Source of the DNA: a virus
Taxonomy: Duplodnaviria; Caudoviricetes
Length of the DNA: 43,470 bases
Direction: 5' to 3' (one strand)
IMG/VR virus record: IMGVR_UViG_3300044708_000083
Span: 1 to 43,470 of that record
Under the pieces are notes generated by a model. It worked only from the letters and a program-made list of their open reading frames with translations, was not told the origin of the DNA and did not search any database. The stretch's first letter is position 1. Each line of letters opens with the position of its first letter. The position numbers were made by a program, and so were the translations under genes. Shown here one piece after another: positions 25,031 through 34,560 of the stretch.

Positions 25031-27301
25031 ATGGCCGAGGGTGACCCCGGGCTGCTGGACGACCTCTGGAGCGGCTGGCGCGAGTGGTGGCGGCCGACCG
25101 CCGTGCCGGCCGGCGCGGCCTACGACCCCGAGACGCTGGGCCTCGCCCGGTCGGAAACCCTCGGCGCCCTCGGCGGCAAGCTGCTGGCGTTGAGCCAGGG
25201 TGGTCTGCAGCCGGCGCAGCGCGCTCAGATCCTGGGCTCGCTGGGTGATGTGCCGCAGGCTTACCAGCAGGCGATCGGCACCGGGGCGACGATCCGGCTG
25301 CACGACCTCGCGGCGAAAAAGGCGCAGGCCGAGCTGCTCAACGAGGCCAGCAGCAACGCGGTGTTCGACCAGCTGATCGCCGGCAAGACCGGCGGCGCGT
25401 CCACCGTCACCCCAGGCAACCTACCGACCGGCGGCGCGATCCAGACCGCGCTGGCGGCGCTCGAGCCGGCCGAGAGCGGCGGCAACGCGACCGTTCAGAA
25501 CAAGCAGGGCTACAGCGGCAGATTTCAGATCGGATCGAGCCTCGCCTCTGATGCCGGGGTCTACCGGCCGGCGCCGGGCGAGGCGGTCGCCGACGAGAGC
25601 GGACGCGCCGCGAACCAGTGGCGCGGTTCGTGGATCCTGCCGGGTCGCGCGCCGCTGACGCACGAGCAATTCCTGGCCGACCCGACCGCGCAGCGGCAGG
25701 CCGCCGAGGTCGCCATGGCACACAACTGGCGCCAGATCCAGGAGGCCGGCCTCGACAAATACGTCGGCCAGACCATCGGCGGTGTCCAGGTCACCGCCCC
25801 CGGCCTCCTGCAGGGCGCCTGGCTGGGCGGCATCAGGGGCCTCAGGACATGGCTGAGCGGCCAGGGCGACCCCGCCGACGCCAACCGGACGACCGTCAGC
25901 AAGTGGGCCTCCCTGGCGCCCCCGGGCGGCGCCGCGACCGCCACCGACGCGGGGGGTGGAGGCGCCTCCGCTCCTCCGGGACCGACGCCGCCGCGCTCCG
26001 TGGCCGACCTGACCCGCGAGCAGCTCATCCTGCTGCGCCAGCTCCCGGCATCCGAGCGCGCGAAACATCTGCTGGAATTATCCGTCAAACCGGGCGCGCC
26101 GATCCTGTTGACGCCGCAGCAGTCGGCCCGCCTCGGTCCCGGCACGTGGCAGTGGAGCCCGACGGCCGGCTACAGCCGCATCGCCGAGGGCCAGACCTCG
26201 GATCTCAACGCGGCGGAAAAAGCCCGGCTGGGGCTGGCACCGGATGCCATCGCCCAGCGCAAGGCGGACGGCAGCCTCAACATCGTGGACGCCGGCCAGA
26301 CCACCTGGGCCGGGCCGGAGTATCTCACCGCGCACGGGTTTTCACCCGACGCGCGGGTGACCGTGGCGCCCGACGGCAAACCCACGGTGATCGACAAGGG
26401 GACCGACCTCGACGCCCCCGTGACGCTCGACAGCGCGCGGGGGATCCTGGCCAAACACGCGGACGCGGTGAAGGCTGGATCAATCGATCCCGCCAGCCCG
26501 ATCGGGCGCGCCTATCGCGCCGCGCACGATCTGGTGTCGCAGCAAGGGCGCTGGGTTTCGGTCGAACAGCCCAACGGTGCCAAGGTCGATACATTCCAGC
26601 CGATGCCGAATAACTTTCCTCGTCTCGGCGAGGGGACGACACCGCTGCCGAGTGCCGTGCGAACCACCGTCCCGGCGACGGAAACGCCGCGCACGCCGCA
26701 GCAGCTGTTCAGCGACGCCAATCAGGTGCGATCGGAGATCGAGCGAGGCCCGGTCTACATCAATTACAGCAACGCCCGGCCCGCGCTGCTGTCGCTGCGG
26801 CAGGCGGAACCGGTCGGCACCGGAGCGTCGGACCGGCAGATGATCATCGCGTTCGCGAAAATTCTCGATCCCAACAGCGTGGTGATGACCTCCGAGGGCG
26901 AGGCGGTGCAGCGAACCGGCGGCGTGTTCGACACGCTGCAGGGCATGATCCAGCACATTCAGGGTGGTGGCACTTTGTCACCGTCGGTGCGGCGCAATCT
27001 CGTGGAGCAGGGCGAGAGCGTTTTCAATACCCACGAGACGGCATACCGAGATCGCGTCGCCACTTATCGCGATCTGGCGAAGCGTGGCGGCCTCGATCCC
27101 GACAGTGTTTACCCCGAGGTTAAAACGATCTCGAAATACACGCCGCCCGGCCAGCCCATGAAATTGCCGGATGGCGAAACCGCCGACAGCTACGCGAAGA
27201 AACTGAACGCGCACGTGGCGAAGGGCGAGGGCACCTACGACGAGGCGGTCAGCATCGCGCGGCGCTACGGGATCCCCGTCGAGAAAATCAAACGGAAATG
27301 A
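25031..27301 (+). CDS. Internal virion protein with lysozyme/lytic-transglycosylase-like domain
   Basis: AESGG....N..GYSGRFQ, FL.DP.AQ, GG..VT..GLL.GAWLGG. Confidence 0.75.
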   Translation: MAEGDPGLLDDLWSGWREWWRPTAVPAGAAYDPETLGLARSETLGALGGKLLALSQGGLQPAQRAQILGSLGDVPQAYQQAIGTGATIRLHDLAAKKAQAELLNEASSNAVFDQLIAGKTGGASTVTPGNLPTGGAIQTALAALEPAESGGNATVQNKQGYSGRFQIGSSLASDAGVYRPAPGEAVADESGRAANQWRGSWILPGRAPLTHEQFLADPTAQRQAAEVAMAHNWRQIQEAGLDKYVGQTIGGVQVTAPGLLQGAWLGGIRGLRTWLSGQGDPADANRTTVSKWASLAPPGGAATATDAGGGGASAPPGPTPPRSVADLTREQLILLRQLPASERAKHLLELSVKPGAPILLTPQQSARLGPGTWQWSPTAGYSRIAEGQTSDLNAAEKARLGLAPDAIAQRKADGSLNIVDAGQTTWAGPEYLTAHGFSPDARVTVAPDGKPTVIDKGTDLDAPVTLDSARGILAKHADAVKAGSIDPASPIGRAYRAAHDLVSQQGRWVSVEQPNGAKVDTFQPMPNNFPRLGEGTTPLPSAVRTTVPATETPRTPQQLFSDANQVRSEIERGPVYINYSNARPALLSLRQAEPVGTGASDRQMIIAFAKILDPNSVVMTSEGEAVQRTGGVFDTLQGMIQHIQGGGTLSPSVRRNLVEQGESVFNTHETAYRDRVATYRDLAKRGGLDPDSVYPEVKTISKYTPPGQPMKLPDGETADSYAKKLNAHVAKGEGTYDEAVSIARRYGIPVEKIKRK

Positions 27302-27304
27302 GCC

Positions 27305-29086
27305 ATGCCAGATGATCCGATCGCGGCGGAATTTGAGCAGCAGCGCAAGCGCGCCGCCGAGGCGGAGGAGCTGGCGCGGATCAGCGCCCGCACCCCCGGC
27401 GAGGTGGTCAACCGCGACATTCGCGCCGTCGGGACCGGCGTCAACGACGCGATCGGCGGCGCGATCGGCGCCATCCCCGACGCCGTCGGCGCCGGCATGC
27501 GCGGCCTCGAGCGGGTGCTGGTGCCGGATCTCAGCACGCCGACCCTGTCCGATCTGGTCACCGGCCAGCAATCGAACCGGAAATATATGTTCGCGCCGCC
27601 GCCCGGCCAGTTCACGAAATGGGCGCGCGGCGGCCTGAACGCGGCTGGCGACGCGATCTACGGCCCGCTGAAACCGGACACGCCGACCGAGCGGAACCTC
27701 TACGCCGCCGGGCACGGCGCGGGCGACGCCCTGTCGATGGTCGTGCCGGCGGCGGGCGTCTCCCGCGTGGCCGGGGGCGTGCTGGGCGGTGTCGCCGGGC
27801 AGCTCGCCGAGAACCCGATCACCCAGGCCATCGCCGGGGCCGCCGGGGGCAGCGCCACGCAGGCCTCCGGCAGTCCCCTGGTCGGTCTGGGGGCGAGCCT
27901 GCTGACGCCGTTCGCGGCGGGCGCGGCGCGGGGTGTCATCTCGCCCGGCGTCAGCCAGCTCAACCCCGAGCAGGCGCGCCTCGCCGGGGTAGCGGCGGCG
28001 GAGGGCATCCGGCTCAACCCCGGCCAGATCACCGGCAGCACGCCGATGAAGACCATGCAGTCGGTGTTCAAGGATCTCCCCCTTACGTCTGGCGTCGCGC
28101 ACGCGGACGAGGAGGCGCAGCGGGTCGCCTACAACCGGGCGGCCCTGCTGCGCGCCGGGGAGACGGGGGAGAACCTCGCCACGCCCGAGGTGGTCAACGC
28201 CGCCCTGGAGCGGGCCGGGCGGGGCATGGGGGCGGTCTACGATCGGAATAATTTCAGGGTCGACGCCCCGGCGATGCAGGCCGTGACGGCGGTCGCCAAC
28301 AACGCCGCGCGTGAGCTGCCCGAGAGCCTCGCGCATCAGGTGCGGAACCGGGTTGATGATTTCATCGCCAAGATCCGGCTCGACGGCCAGGGCGGCCTGC
28401 ACGTCGAGGGGCCGGCATTCGGGGCACTCGACAGCGAGCTGTCGCGGACCATCAGGTCGGTGGACAGCGGCGAGGTGCGACTGCACCTGGGTCGGCTGCA
28501 GGAGGCGCTCCGCGACGGCATGCAAGCGTCCCTCTCGCCGGAGGACGCGGCGGCGCTGGCCACGTTCCGGCGGCAGTATGCCAACGGCATGATCATCCGC
28601 GAGGCGATCAACGCACCCTCGATCGCCACGGCGGCGGGACATATTCCGGCCACGCGTTTGTCCACGGTTCTGGCCGGCGACAATGAGGCGTATGCCAGGG
28701 GACGCGGCGACCTGAACGACGTCGCGCGCATCGGTCGGACCTTCATTCAGGATCCGATCCCCAATTCCGGCACGCCGATGCGGACCAACATGCGCCAGCT
28801 CGTGCAAGGCGGCGCGGTGCTGGGCGGCGGGCTCGCTGGCGGCAACCTCGCGCAGAGGTTGCTCCTGGGCGGCGGCGCCCTGGTGCTGCCCTCGATCATT
28901 CAGCAGCTGTCGCGCACCGGTCCCGGGCGGGCGTATCTGACCAATCAGGCGGCGGCCGGCTGGGCGCCCCAGGCCACGGCCGGAACGATGGCGGGGATCG
29001 GAGGGGCGGCGCTCCCCGGCCTGCTGAGCCCCCCTCCAGGCGCCCGCGTGGCCCCGATCAACGATCCAAGGTTCCAACCTCAATGA
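27305..29086 (+). CDS. Internal virion/DNA ejection protein
   Basis: GI.L.PGQ.TG and PNSGTP motifs, Gly/Ala-rich segments; last gene of the virion module. Confidence 0.75.
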   Translation: MPDDPIAAEFEQQRKRAAEAEELARISARTPGEVVNRDIRAVGTGVNDAIGGAIGAIPDAVGAGMRGLERVLVPDLSTPTLSDLVTGQQSNRKYMFAPPPGQFTKWARGGLNAAGDAIYGPLKPDTPTERNLYAAGHGAGDALSMVVPAAGVSRVAGGVLGGVAGQLAENPITQAIAGAAGGSATQASGSPLVGLGASLLTPFAAGAARGVISPGVSQLNPEQARLAGVAAAEGIRLNPGQITGSTPMKTMQSVFKDLPLTSGVAHADEEAQRVAYNRAALLRAGETGENLATPEVVNAALERAGRGMGAVYDRNNFRVDAPAMQAVTAVANNAARELPESLAHQVRNRVDDFIAKIRLDGQGGLHVEGPAFGALDSELSRTIRSVDSGEVRLHLGRLQEALRDGMQASLSPEDAAALATFRRQYANGMIIREAINAPSIATAAGHIPATRLSTVLAGDNEAYARGRGDLNDVARIGRTFIQDPIPNSGTPMRTNMRQLVQGGAVLGGGLAGGNLAQRLLLGGGALVLPSIIQQLSRTGPGRAYLTNQAAAGWAPQATAGTMAGIGGAALPGLLSPPPGARVAPINDPRFQPQ

Positions 29087-29112
29087 AAGCAGACCGATCG
29101 ACATCACGCCCC

Positions 29113-29565
29113 TTAGTCAGCCCAGGTGCGTGTGGTTTTGTTGCGTTTGATCAGCGCTGCTTTGCGTGAGCCATCATCCCGTTTCCATGCCACCACCAGG
29201 GCCGCCGCGATTTTCGCTTTGTGTTCAGCGCTCATGGTCCTGCCTTTAACCGCCCTCCCGGGGGTGGCGCATCCCGTGAGCCGGGCGCTGGGAGACTGAT
29301 GCACGGTCAGACCGTCAGCCCAGTGATGATCAAGCCAGAATTGCTCCCTGGCGGGCAAGTCGTCGCGCTCGCAAAATTCCACAATCCTGAAGCTGAAAGC
29401 AGCAGGCCCCCGACGAGTGAAGATTTCTTGCAGCAGTGAATTTTCGTGTGTTCCGAGAACCAGAGCATGGACGTGATCCGCCCATCGATTTCTCACGTTC
29501 TTTGTCGCGCCAACGTAGATAAGTCCGTCGGCTTCGATCGTATAAATCCCGCAGATACCCCGCAC
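29113..29565 (-). CDS. GIY-YIG homing endonuclease with NUMOD3-like motif
   Basis: GIYTI......YVG.T.N...RW..H, REQFW, SAEHKAKI. Confidence 0.88.
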   Translation of the reverse strand: MRGICGIYTIEADGLIYVGATKNVRNRWADHVHALVLGTHENSLLQEIFTRRGPAAFSFRIVEFCERDDLPAREQFWLDHHWADGLTVHQSPSARLTGCATPGRAVKGRTMSAEHKAKIAAALVVAWKRDDGSRKAALIKRNKTTRTWAD

Positions 29566-29675
29566 TGGTCGCGCGTCCTTTTACTACGGAATGTAAGCTA
29601 CTACGGCCGCCACGGCTACGTCCATGCACTGACCTGACAACAAGCACCCCTTCCCGAGCCTCTTCCTTGCCTGAG

Positions 29676-29684
29676 TTATCCACA
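29676..29684 (+). promoter_or_regulatory. DnaA box
   Basis: Perfect TTATCCACA in the intergenic region upstream of the rep-like gene. Confidence 0.65.
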
Positions 29685-29866
29685 AGCTCAGTCTCTGGTC
29701 ATGAGACTTATTTTGATACTGCATCGACCGTTTCTCTGTGGCCAGCCTCCGGCCCCGCCTCCGCCGGAGACCTTGACGGTCGCTCCGGCGGGGCCGCATG
29801 CCGCCCCCTGTGAAGACAGAGAAAGAGCGAACAAAAAGATCAGCCGATTTCAATGAATTAGAAAGG

Positions 29867-29938
29867 GGACACCGGACACCTAGAGTGTCCACCAACCTGG
29901 ACAGTCAGAGTGTCCGGTGTTTTTGTCCTATCGTGTCC
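29867..29938. repeat. Iteron/operator-like repeats of a plasmid-type origin
   Basis: GGACA-CCT-AGAGTGTCC (29874-29890) and GGACA-GTC-AGAGTGTCC (29899-29915) plus GGACAC/TGTCC half-sites; near-IHF site TTTCAATGAATTA at 29848-29860; TTGACA at 29939-29944. Confidence 0.7.
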
Positions 29939-30010
29939 TTGACAAGTCACGGATTGGTCTCGGTATTGTCCTGATTACGGTCACTTTTGGCCGGACAGGA
30001 GGACATCTCG

Positions 30011-30469
30011 ATGGTGAATGTCGATGTGAAAAAGCCAGCCGGGCCGCGTTTCGTGAAACTGTATGACAGGGGGGTGGCCCGGCTCGAGGGCCTCATCACC
30101 CTGAAAGGCGGCCCGACCGTGGCGAAGGTTTGGGTGTTTCTGGTCAAGCACTGCGGCCACGACAACGCCCTGGTCTGCTCTCTCGAGCTGATGGCGGAGG
30201 AGCTGGACGTGGCGGAGCGGTCGATCCGCAGGGCCACACGCTACCTGGAAACCCACGGAGCGATCGTCATCGCCAAGGTTGGGTCAGGCAACGTCTACAT
30301 TCTGAACGACAGCGAGGTGTGGAAAACCTACGAGAAGAGCCACCGCTTCTGCGGTTTCCGCACCCGGACCCTTGTTGGGTTCAAGGAGAACCCGGGCATT
30401 CGCACCCGCATGACGCGCATCTCTGGCGCGCCCCCGATGGACGATCTGTTTGACGCGGCGGCGGAATAA
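30011..30469 (+). CDS. Plasmid replication initiator-like winged-HTH protein (RepL-like)
   Basis: FL.......NALVCS...MAEEL.V..RSI.RA..YL...G.I...K.G..NVY.LN...VW; AGGAGG RBS before ATG 30011. Confidence 0.7.
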   Translation: MVNVDVKKPAGPRFVKLYDRGVARLEGLITLKGGPTVAKVWVFLVKHCGHDNALVCSLELMAEELDVAERSIRRATRYLETHGAIVIAKVGSGNVYILNDSEVWKTYEKSHRFCGFRTRTLVGFKENPGIRTRMTRISGAPPMDDLFDAAAE

Positions 30470-30470
30470 T

Positions 30471-30764
30471 TCACGGCGGCGTCCAGCCTTGCCGCATCGC
30501 GCGCTCCATCTCCCGCCGCGTCTCGCGCACCAGCGCCCGCGTGATCGCGTCCGGTTTCCACCACGGTTCCCTCGGTGACGGCGGCTCCGGCGCCGGCGGC
30601 GGCGTCCAGAACCTCGGGCAACCCTGATCGAGCAGTTTCCGCGCCCATGCCGGCGTCACATCGAACCGGCGGGCGATCACCTTCCACTGCACCCGCTGGC
30701 GCCGCAGCTCCGCGATCTCGAGGGCCCGCGCGCGGTTGCGTTCAACGTCCGTCGATCGGCTCAC
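30471..30764 (-). CDS. HTH-containing hypothetical protein
   Basis: IAELRRQRVQWKVIARRFDVTPAWARKL; GAGG RBS. Confidence 0.6.
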   Translation of the reverse strand: MSRSTDVERNRARALEIAELRRQRVQWKVIARRFDVTPAWARKLLDQGCPRFWTPPPAPEPPSPREPWWKPDAITRALVRETRREMERAMRQGWTPP

Positions 30765-30975
30765 CGCGCCATCACCTCAAGCGTGAGCGGCACCAGCACC
30801 CACCCCGCCAGCACCAGGACGAGGACGCACAGGAGCCAGTGCCCGACAGCCGTGACGCAGTGGTGCGCGCTTCTTCGCGCAGAGCCACGATAGCGAGCAG
30901 CGTGGCGAACACGAGACGCGGCGACCGGATTTCGCACCCCGGGTCACCCCGCCTCGACCGCCGCCCGCGCGCTCA

Positions 30976-31467
30976 TCAGGCCAGCACGAACGGCAGCTGC
31001 GGCTTGCGATCGCGCACGCCGGGCTTCAGCGCGCCGCTGGCGATGCGCGCCTTCAGGCGAACCTTCCGCTCGCGCGTGACCGCCGGGTCGACCGGCACTG
31101 TCGGCACGCACGGCCCGAGGGCCTCGGTCGCGCCAAAGGGATACCGGGCCGGCAGACTGAAATGGTGCGCCTTGTCATCGAACTCATCGATCTTCCTGGC
31201 GTAGCTCACGCGCAGCGGTGCCCTGAACCGATACCACTGGCCGTCGATCAATTCGCTCCAGTGGAACGCGCCGCGCATCGTGTGCGCGTAGCGGATCTCG
31301 CGGCCCTGATGCACCGCGAACGCGCGCAGGAAATTGGAATTGATGCAGTGCGCCTTGTCGTGTCGTTTGCAGGAGTAGAGCGCATTCTCGACCAGCTCGC
31401 GGTCAAGCTCCTTCGGGTTGCCATACGGCACCAGAGGCAGCGCGGGGGTCGCTGTTTTCGTTTTCAT
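30976..31467 (-). CDS. Hypothetical protein
   Basis: Protein-like ORF; likely ATG 31467 (MKTKTAT) after AAAGG. Confidence 0.65.
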   Translation of the reverse strand: MKTKTATPALPLVPYGNPKELDRELVENALYSCKRHDKAHCINSNFLRAFAVHQGREIRYAHTMRGAFHWSELIDGQWYRFRAPLRVSYARKIDEFDDKAHHFSLPARYPFGATEALGPCVPTVPVDPAVTRERKVRLKARIASGALKPGVRDRKPQLPFVLA

Positions 31468-31480
31468 GTGCGTTCGCCTT

Positions 31481-31681
31481 TCAGCACTCATCGGCACCTC
31501 GGTGGTTCGTCCGACGGTTCAGCGCATCGACAATCGCCACGGCGTCGGGGTAAGCCCCGCGCGCCATGACGTGGTCGGCGTAGCCGGGCTCATGTCTGAC
31601 AATGTCGTAGAGGGCGCTCTCCGTGCCGGGCGCGAAGATCCGCACAACGCCGAAATAGGCCGCCGCTTGATCGTCAGACAT
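31481..31681 (-). CDS. Hypothetical protein
   Basis: GAGGG RBS, ATG, follows the polymerase. Confidence 0.6.
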   Translation of the reverse strand: MSDDQAAAYFGVVRIFAPGTESALYDIVRHEPGYADHVMARGAYPDAVAIVDALNRRTNHRGADEC

Positions 31682-31694
31682 GACAGTGTCCCTC

Positions 31695-33779
31695 TCAGGT
31701 TTTCCGATAACGCACGCCGCGCGTGCCCTTGGCCGACAGCGGGAAACCCGCCGCCCACGCCGGCAGCTCCGACATCAGCTCGCACATTTCGCCGACCGAA
31801 CCGTGGCCGCGCGCGGGCTCCGCGATGATCTCGTCATGCACCAGCGTCACCGGGTTGTAGCCGCACAGCTCCAGTGTCCACGTGGCGTCGACCAGCAGAT
31901 CCCGGCACAGGCCCTGCACCGCGTTCTCGCAGAGCCGGCCGCCGTAGGTGCTGGTGCGTTCCCACTTCCGCGTCTTCGGGTTGACCGCCATGTAAGTCAG
32001 TTTGTCGCGGTCGTATTTGTCGGGCTCGATCAGCGGGCGGTTGTACCAGATGTAACGACCCGACGGCAGGCGCATCCGCAGCCAGTGCGCCTCGTGCCGA
32101 AACCGGATCCTGCCCCCGGCCGCCAGCGTCACCGCGCCGGGCAGGCGCACCGCCTGGATCGCCGCGCGTTGCAGATCGACCCACAGCGCGGGGATCGCCG
32201 AATATGTTTCGCGGTAGGTCCGAATGGCGTGGTCGGCCTCCTCCGGCGACAGCAACACGCCGGCCTGGATGAGACACGTCTCGCGGAATTTCCACCACCC
32301 CATCTGGTAGCCACTGCCGAGTATGCATGTCTTTCCGACCTGTCGTTCCTTGCTGTCTGGCTCGATGTCTTTCACGCGCCGGCCATAAATCGCCGCCGCC
32401 ATCTCCTCGTAGATTTTACGCCTCTGGCGGAACGCCTCGAGCAGATCGTCCTGCCCCGCGAGCCACGCCACGCCCACGGCTTCCACCGAGCTGAAGTCAC
32501 CCGTCGCCACTTCGAAACCATCGCGCGCGATGATCGCCCCGCGTAACATTCGCGAGATGACGTCGAGCGGCGGCCCGCCGATCGCGTCGACCACGCGGGC
32601 GCCCTCGTCCAGCAGCAGCCGCATGCCGTCCCAGTCGGCGACGACGTCACGCGGAAAATTCTGCGCCTGCAGGCCCATGCTGATGTAACGCCCGGTATTG
32701 GCGCCGTGGTAGCCGAGCAGGCCGCGCACGACGCCCTGGTCGTCGGCACGGTGCAGGATCGCATCGAGTTTGCGGGTGCTGATCTTGCCGGCCTCGAGGC
32801 GCACCCGCAGCACCCGACGCTCGAGATCCGCGACGCGCGGATCCGCGATCAACCGGATGACGTCGCGTCGCCGCAGCTCCGGCAACGCGTCCTCGGCCTC
32901 CTCGTCGTCCTCCGCCTCGGCGTCGAGATCGAGCAGCAGATCGTCGTCGGCCGGCTGGTCCAGCACCAGCGACACCGGGCCGCGAACCAGCTCCGGCGGC
33001 GGTGACATATCGACACCCCGGCCACGTAACCATCGTTTCAGGTCTTCAACAAGAGAGGCGCGCTTCACCGCGCTGTTGGTCAGCGCGGAGATCTCGCGGT
33101 CGAGCAGCAGGCGGGTGTCCTCGGCGACGACGCGCGCGGCGCGTACGAACGAAAGATCGAAGCGCACGCCTCGGTCGTTCATGCGCTCCGTCATGTCCCA
33201 GACGTCCAGCTCAGATGCCGACAGCGGCACCGTGGCCTGATACAAGGCGCGCTCGACCTTGACGTCCATCGCGCAGTATTCGGACAGCCGCGCCATGCGC
33301 TCCTCGTCGGTCCACCACACGGGCGAACCATCGGCGGCGAACGAGCGCGGCCGGCACATCCGCAGCATCAGCGAGTAGCCGGTCTGATCCTTCTGGACGT
33401 CGAGGCCGGCGGCATTGGCGGCGCCGTCCAGGCCGCCGGGCAGGGCCTGCGCGCGTGCGCGGGCCATGGTGCAGATCCAGCGATCCAGCGGAATGAGCGG
33501 CCAGTCGTGCCGGGGGTGTAATATGTATTCCAGCATCAACCGCTCAAACGCCGCGTTGTGCGCGACGACCTCGATGTCGTCGTTCCGCATCGCGTCGAGG
33601 AAGCGCGCCGGCAATTCCCAGCCGGGCCGCCACTCGACCGGCGCCTCGCGTCCGATCGCGAGGCGGGCGACCGTTACGGAGGTGGATGGATGCGCGGCGT
33701 AGATGTAGGCGCCCGTCTTGCGAAGGTCGACGGTCGATCGCGTCTCGCAATCCCAGAACAGGACGCGATCGAGGTTCAC
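31695..33779 (-). CDS. polA: Family A DNA polymerase with 3'-5' exonuclease
   Basis: Exo motifs WDCETRS, AHNAAFE, YCAMDV; motif A DFSSVE; motif B RQVGKTCILGSGY; motif C VHDE; GTG start overlaps the upstream stop. Confidence 0.95.
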   Translation of the reverse strand: MNLDRVLFWDCETRSTVDLRKTGAYIYAAHPSTSVTVARLAIGREAPVEWRPGWELPARFLDAMRNDDIEVVAHNAAFERLMLEYILHPRHDWPLIPLDRWICTMARARAQALPGGLDGAANAAGLDVQKDQTGYSLMLRMCRPRSFAADGSPVWWTDEERMARLSEYCAMDVKVERALYQATVPLSASELDVWDMTERMNDRGVRFDLSFVRAARVVAEDTRLLLDREISALTNSAVKRASLVEDLKRWLRGRGVDMSPPPELVRGPVSLVLDQPADDDLLLDLDAEAEDDEEAEDALPELRRRDVIRLIADPRVADLERRVLRVRLEAGKISTRKLDAILHRADDQGVVRGLLGYHGANTGRYISMGLQAQNFPRDVVADWDGMRLLLDEGARVVDAIGGPPLDVISRMLRGAIIARDGFEVATGDFSSVEAVGVAWLAGQDDLLEAFRQRRKIYEEMAAAIYGRRVKDIEPDSKERQVGKTCILGSGYQMGWWKFRETCLIQAGVLLSPEEADHAIRTYRETYSAIPALWVDLQRAAIQAVRLPGAVTLAAGGRIRFRHEAHWLRMRLPSGRYIWYNRPLIEPDKYDRDKLTYMAVNPKTRKWERTSTYGGRLCENAVQGLCRDLLVDATWTLELCGYNPVTLVHDEIIAEPARGHGSVGEMCELMSELPAWAAGFPLSAKGTRGVRYRKT

Positions 33780-33988
33780 CAGTCCTGATCCGTCACGCGG
33801 GCGCCGATCACCCAGTCGTCGTCTTTCCATTCGGCGGCGAAATAACCTTTTGGATCATCACCGAGCGCGGCGAGCGTTTCACTGGAGAGGGGCGTGTGCC
33901 GCATCCGGCGACGTCCTTCGGCGTAAACCAGGGCCAGCGTGGTGGCGTCGCTGGAAGCGAGCGGCAGCTGCACCTTGACGACCGGCAT
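33776..33988 (-). CDS. Hypothetical protein (70 aa)
   Basis: ATG right after the SSB stop; GTGA overlap with the polymerase. Confidence 0.65.
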   Translation of the reverse strand: MPVVKVQLPLASSDATTLALVYAEGRRRMRHTPLSSETLAALGDDPKGYFAAEWKDDDWVIGARVTDQDW

Positions 33989-33989
33989 C

Positions 33990-34547
33990 TCAGAAATCCT
34001 GTTCGACGGCGGCGGCCTCGACGTCGAAATCCTGCTCCGCGCTGGTGCGACCGAACACCGACCCATGCTGCAGCAGCTGCACGTTGTTGAGGCCCAGGCT
34101 GACACCGATGCCGATGTTGTCGTAAATGTATGGACGCATTGATACGTTCGCCCAACGTCCCGCGTAGACCTCGCGCGGGTTGGTGACCGGGGTCTTGTCC
34201 CAGAGCACGACGCCGGGCGGGTCGTTGCTGCTACAGGAGACAAAATGCCACCCAGCCTCGTAGCCGGCGACGTTCTTCTTCTCCTCGGCACGGCGCACTA
34301 CCTGTTCCGGTTTGCGCGCGGTCGAGGGCCATTCGTTCCGGTTGGGGCCCCAGGCATCCTCGCACAGATCGGTGAGTACCTTGAGGATCGGCGCGGTGTC
34401 ATATTCCGGCGGCAGCAGCAGGACGCAGCTGTATTTCTCCGGCCCGCCGTCAACGCTCTTCGGCTCGAGCAGCGCCGGCCACGACAGTCTGCCGGGGCCG
34501 ACACGCAGGATGGGCACCTCGATTTTTTGCTTTTTCGCGGCTGGCAT
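33990..34547 (-). CDS. ssb: Single-stranded DNA-binding protein (DUF2815/gp2.5-like)
   Basis: RLSWP.L.EP.......KYS..LL, VYAG.W, GVSLGLNNVQ, acidic tail ending in Phe. Confidence 0.88.
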   Translation of the reverse strand: MPAAKKQKIEVPILRVGPGRLSWPALLEPKSVDGGPEKYSCVLLLPPEYDTAPILKVLTDLCEDAWGPNRNEWPSTARKPEQVVRRAEEKKNVAGYEAGWHFVSCSSNDPPGVVLWDKTPVTNPREVYAGRWANVSMRPYIYDNIGIGVSLGLNNVQLLQHGSVFGRTSAEQDFDVEAAAVEQDF

Positions 34548-34560
34548 CTTGTTCTCCTGT

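Noticed and set aside
26978-29107. 709-aa minus-strand ORF, and similar long antisense ORFs (16961..18505, 20893..22599, 36380..37927, 39217..40839, 42185..43462)
   Set aside because: Shadow ORFs of high-GC coding sequence: Arg/His/Pro-rich, no motifs, and opposite well-supported genes.
30761-30975. Possible small membrane-protein gene on the minus strand
   Set aside because: Several frames are open, but none has a convincing start, RBS or motif.
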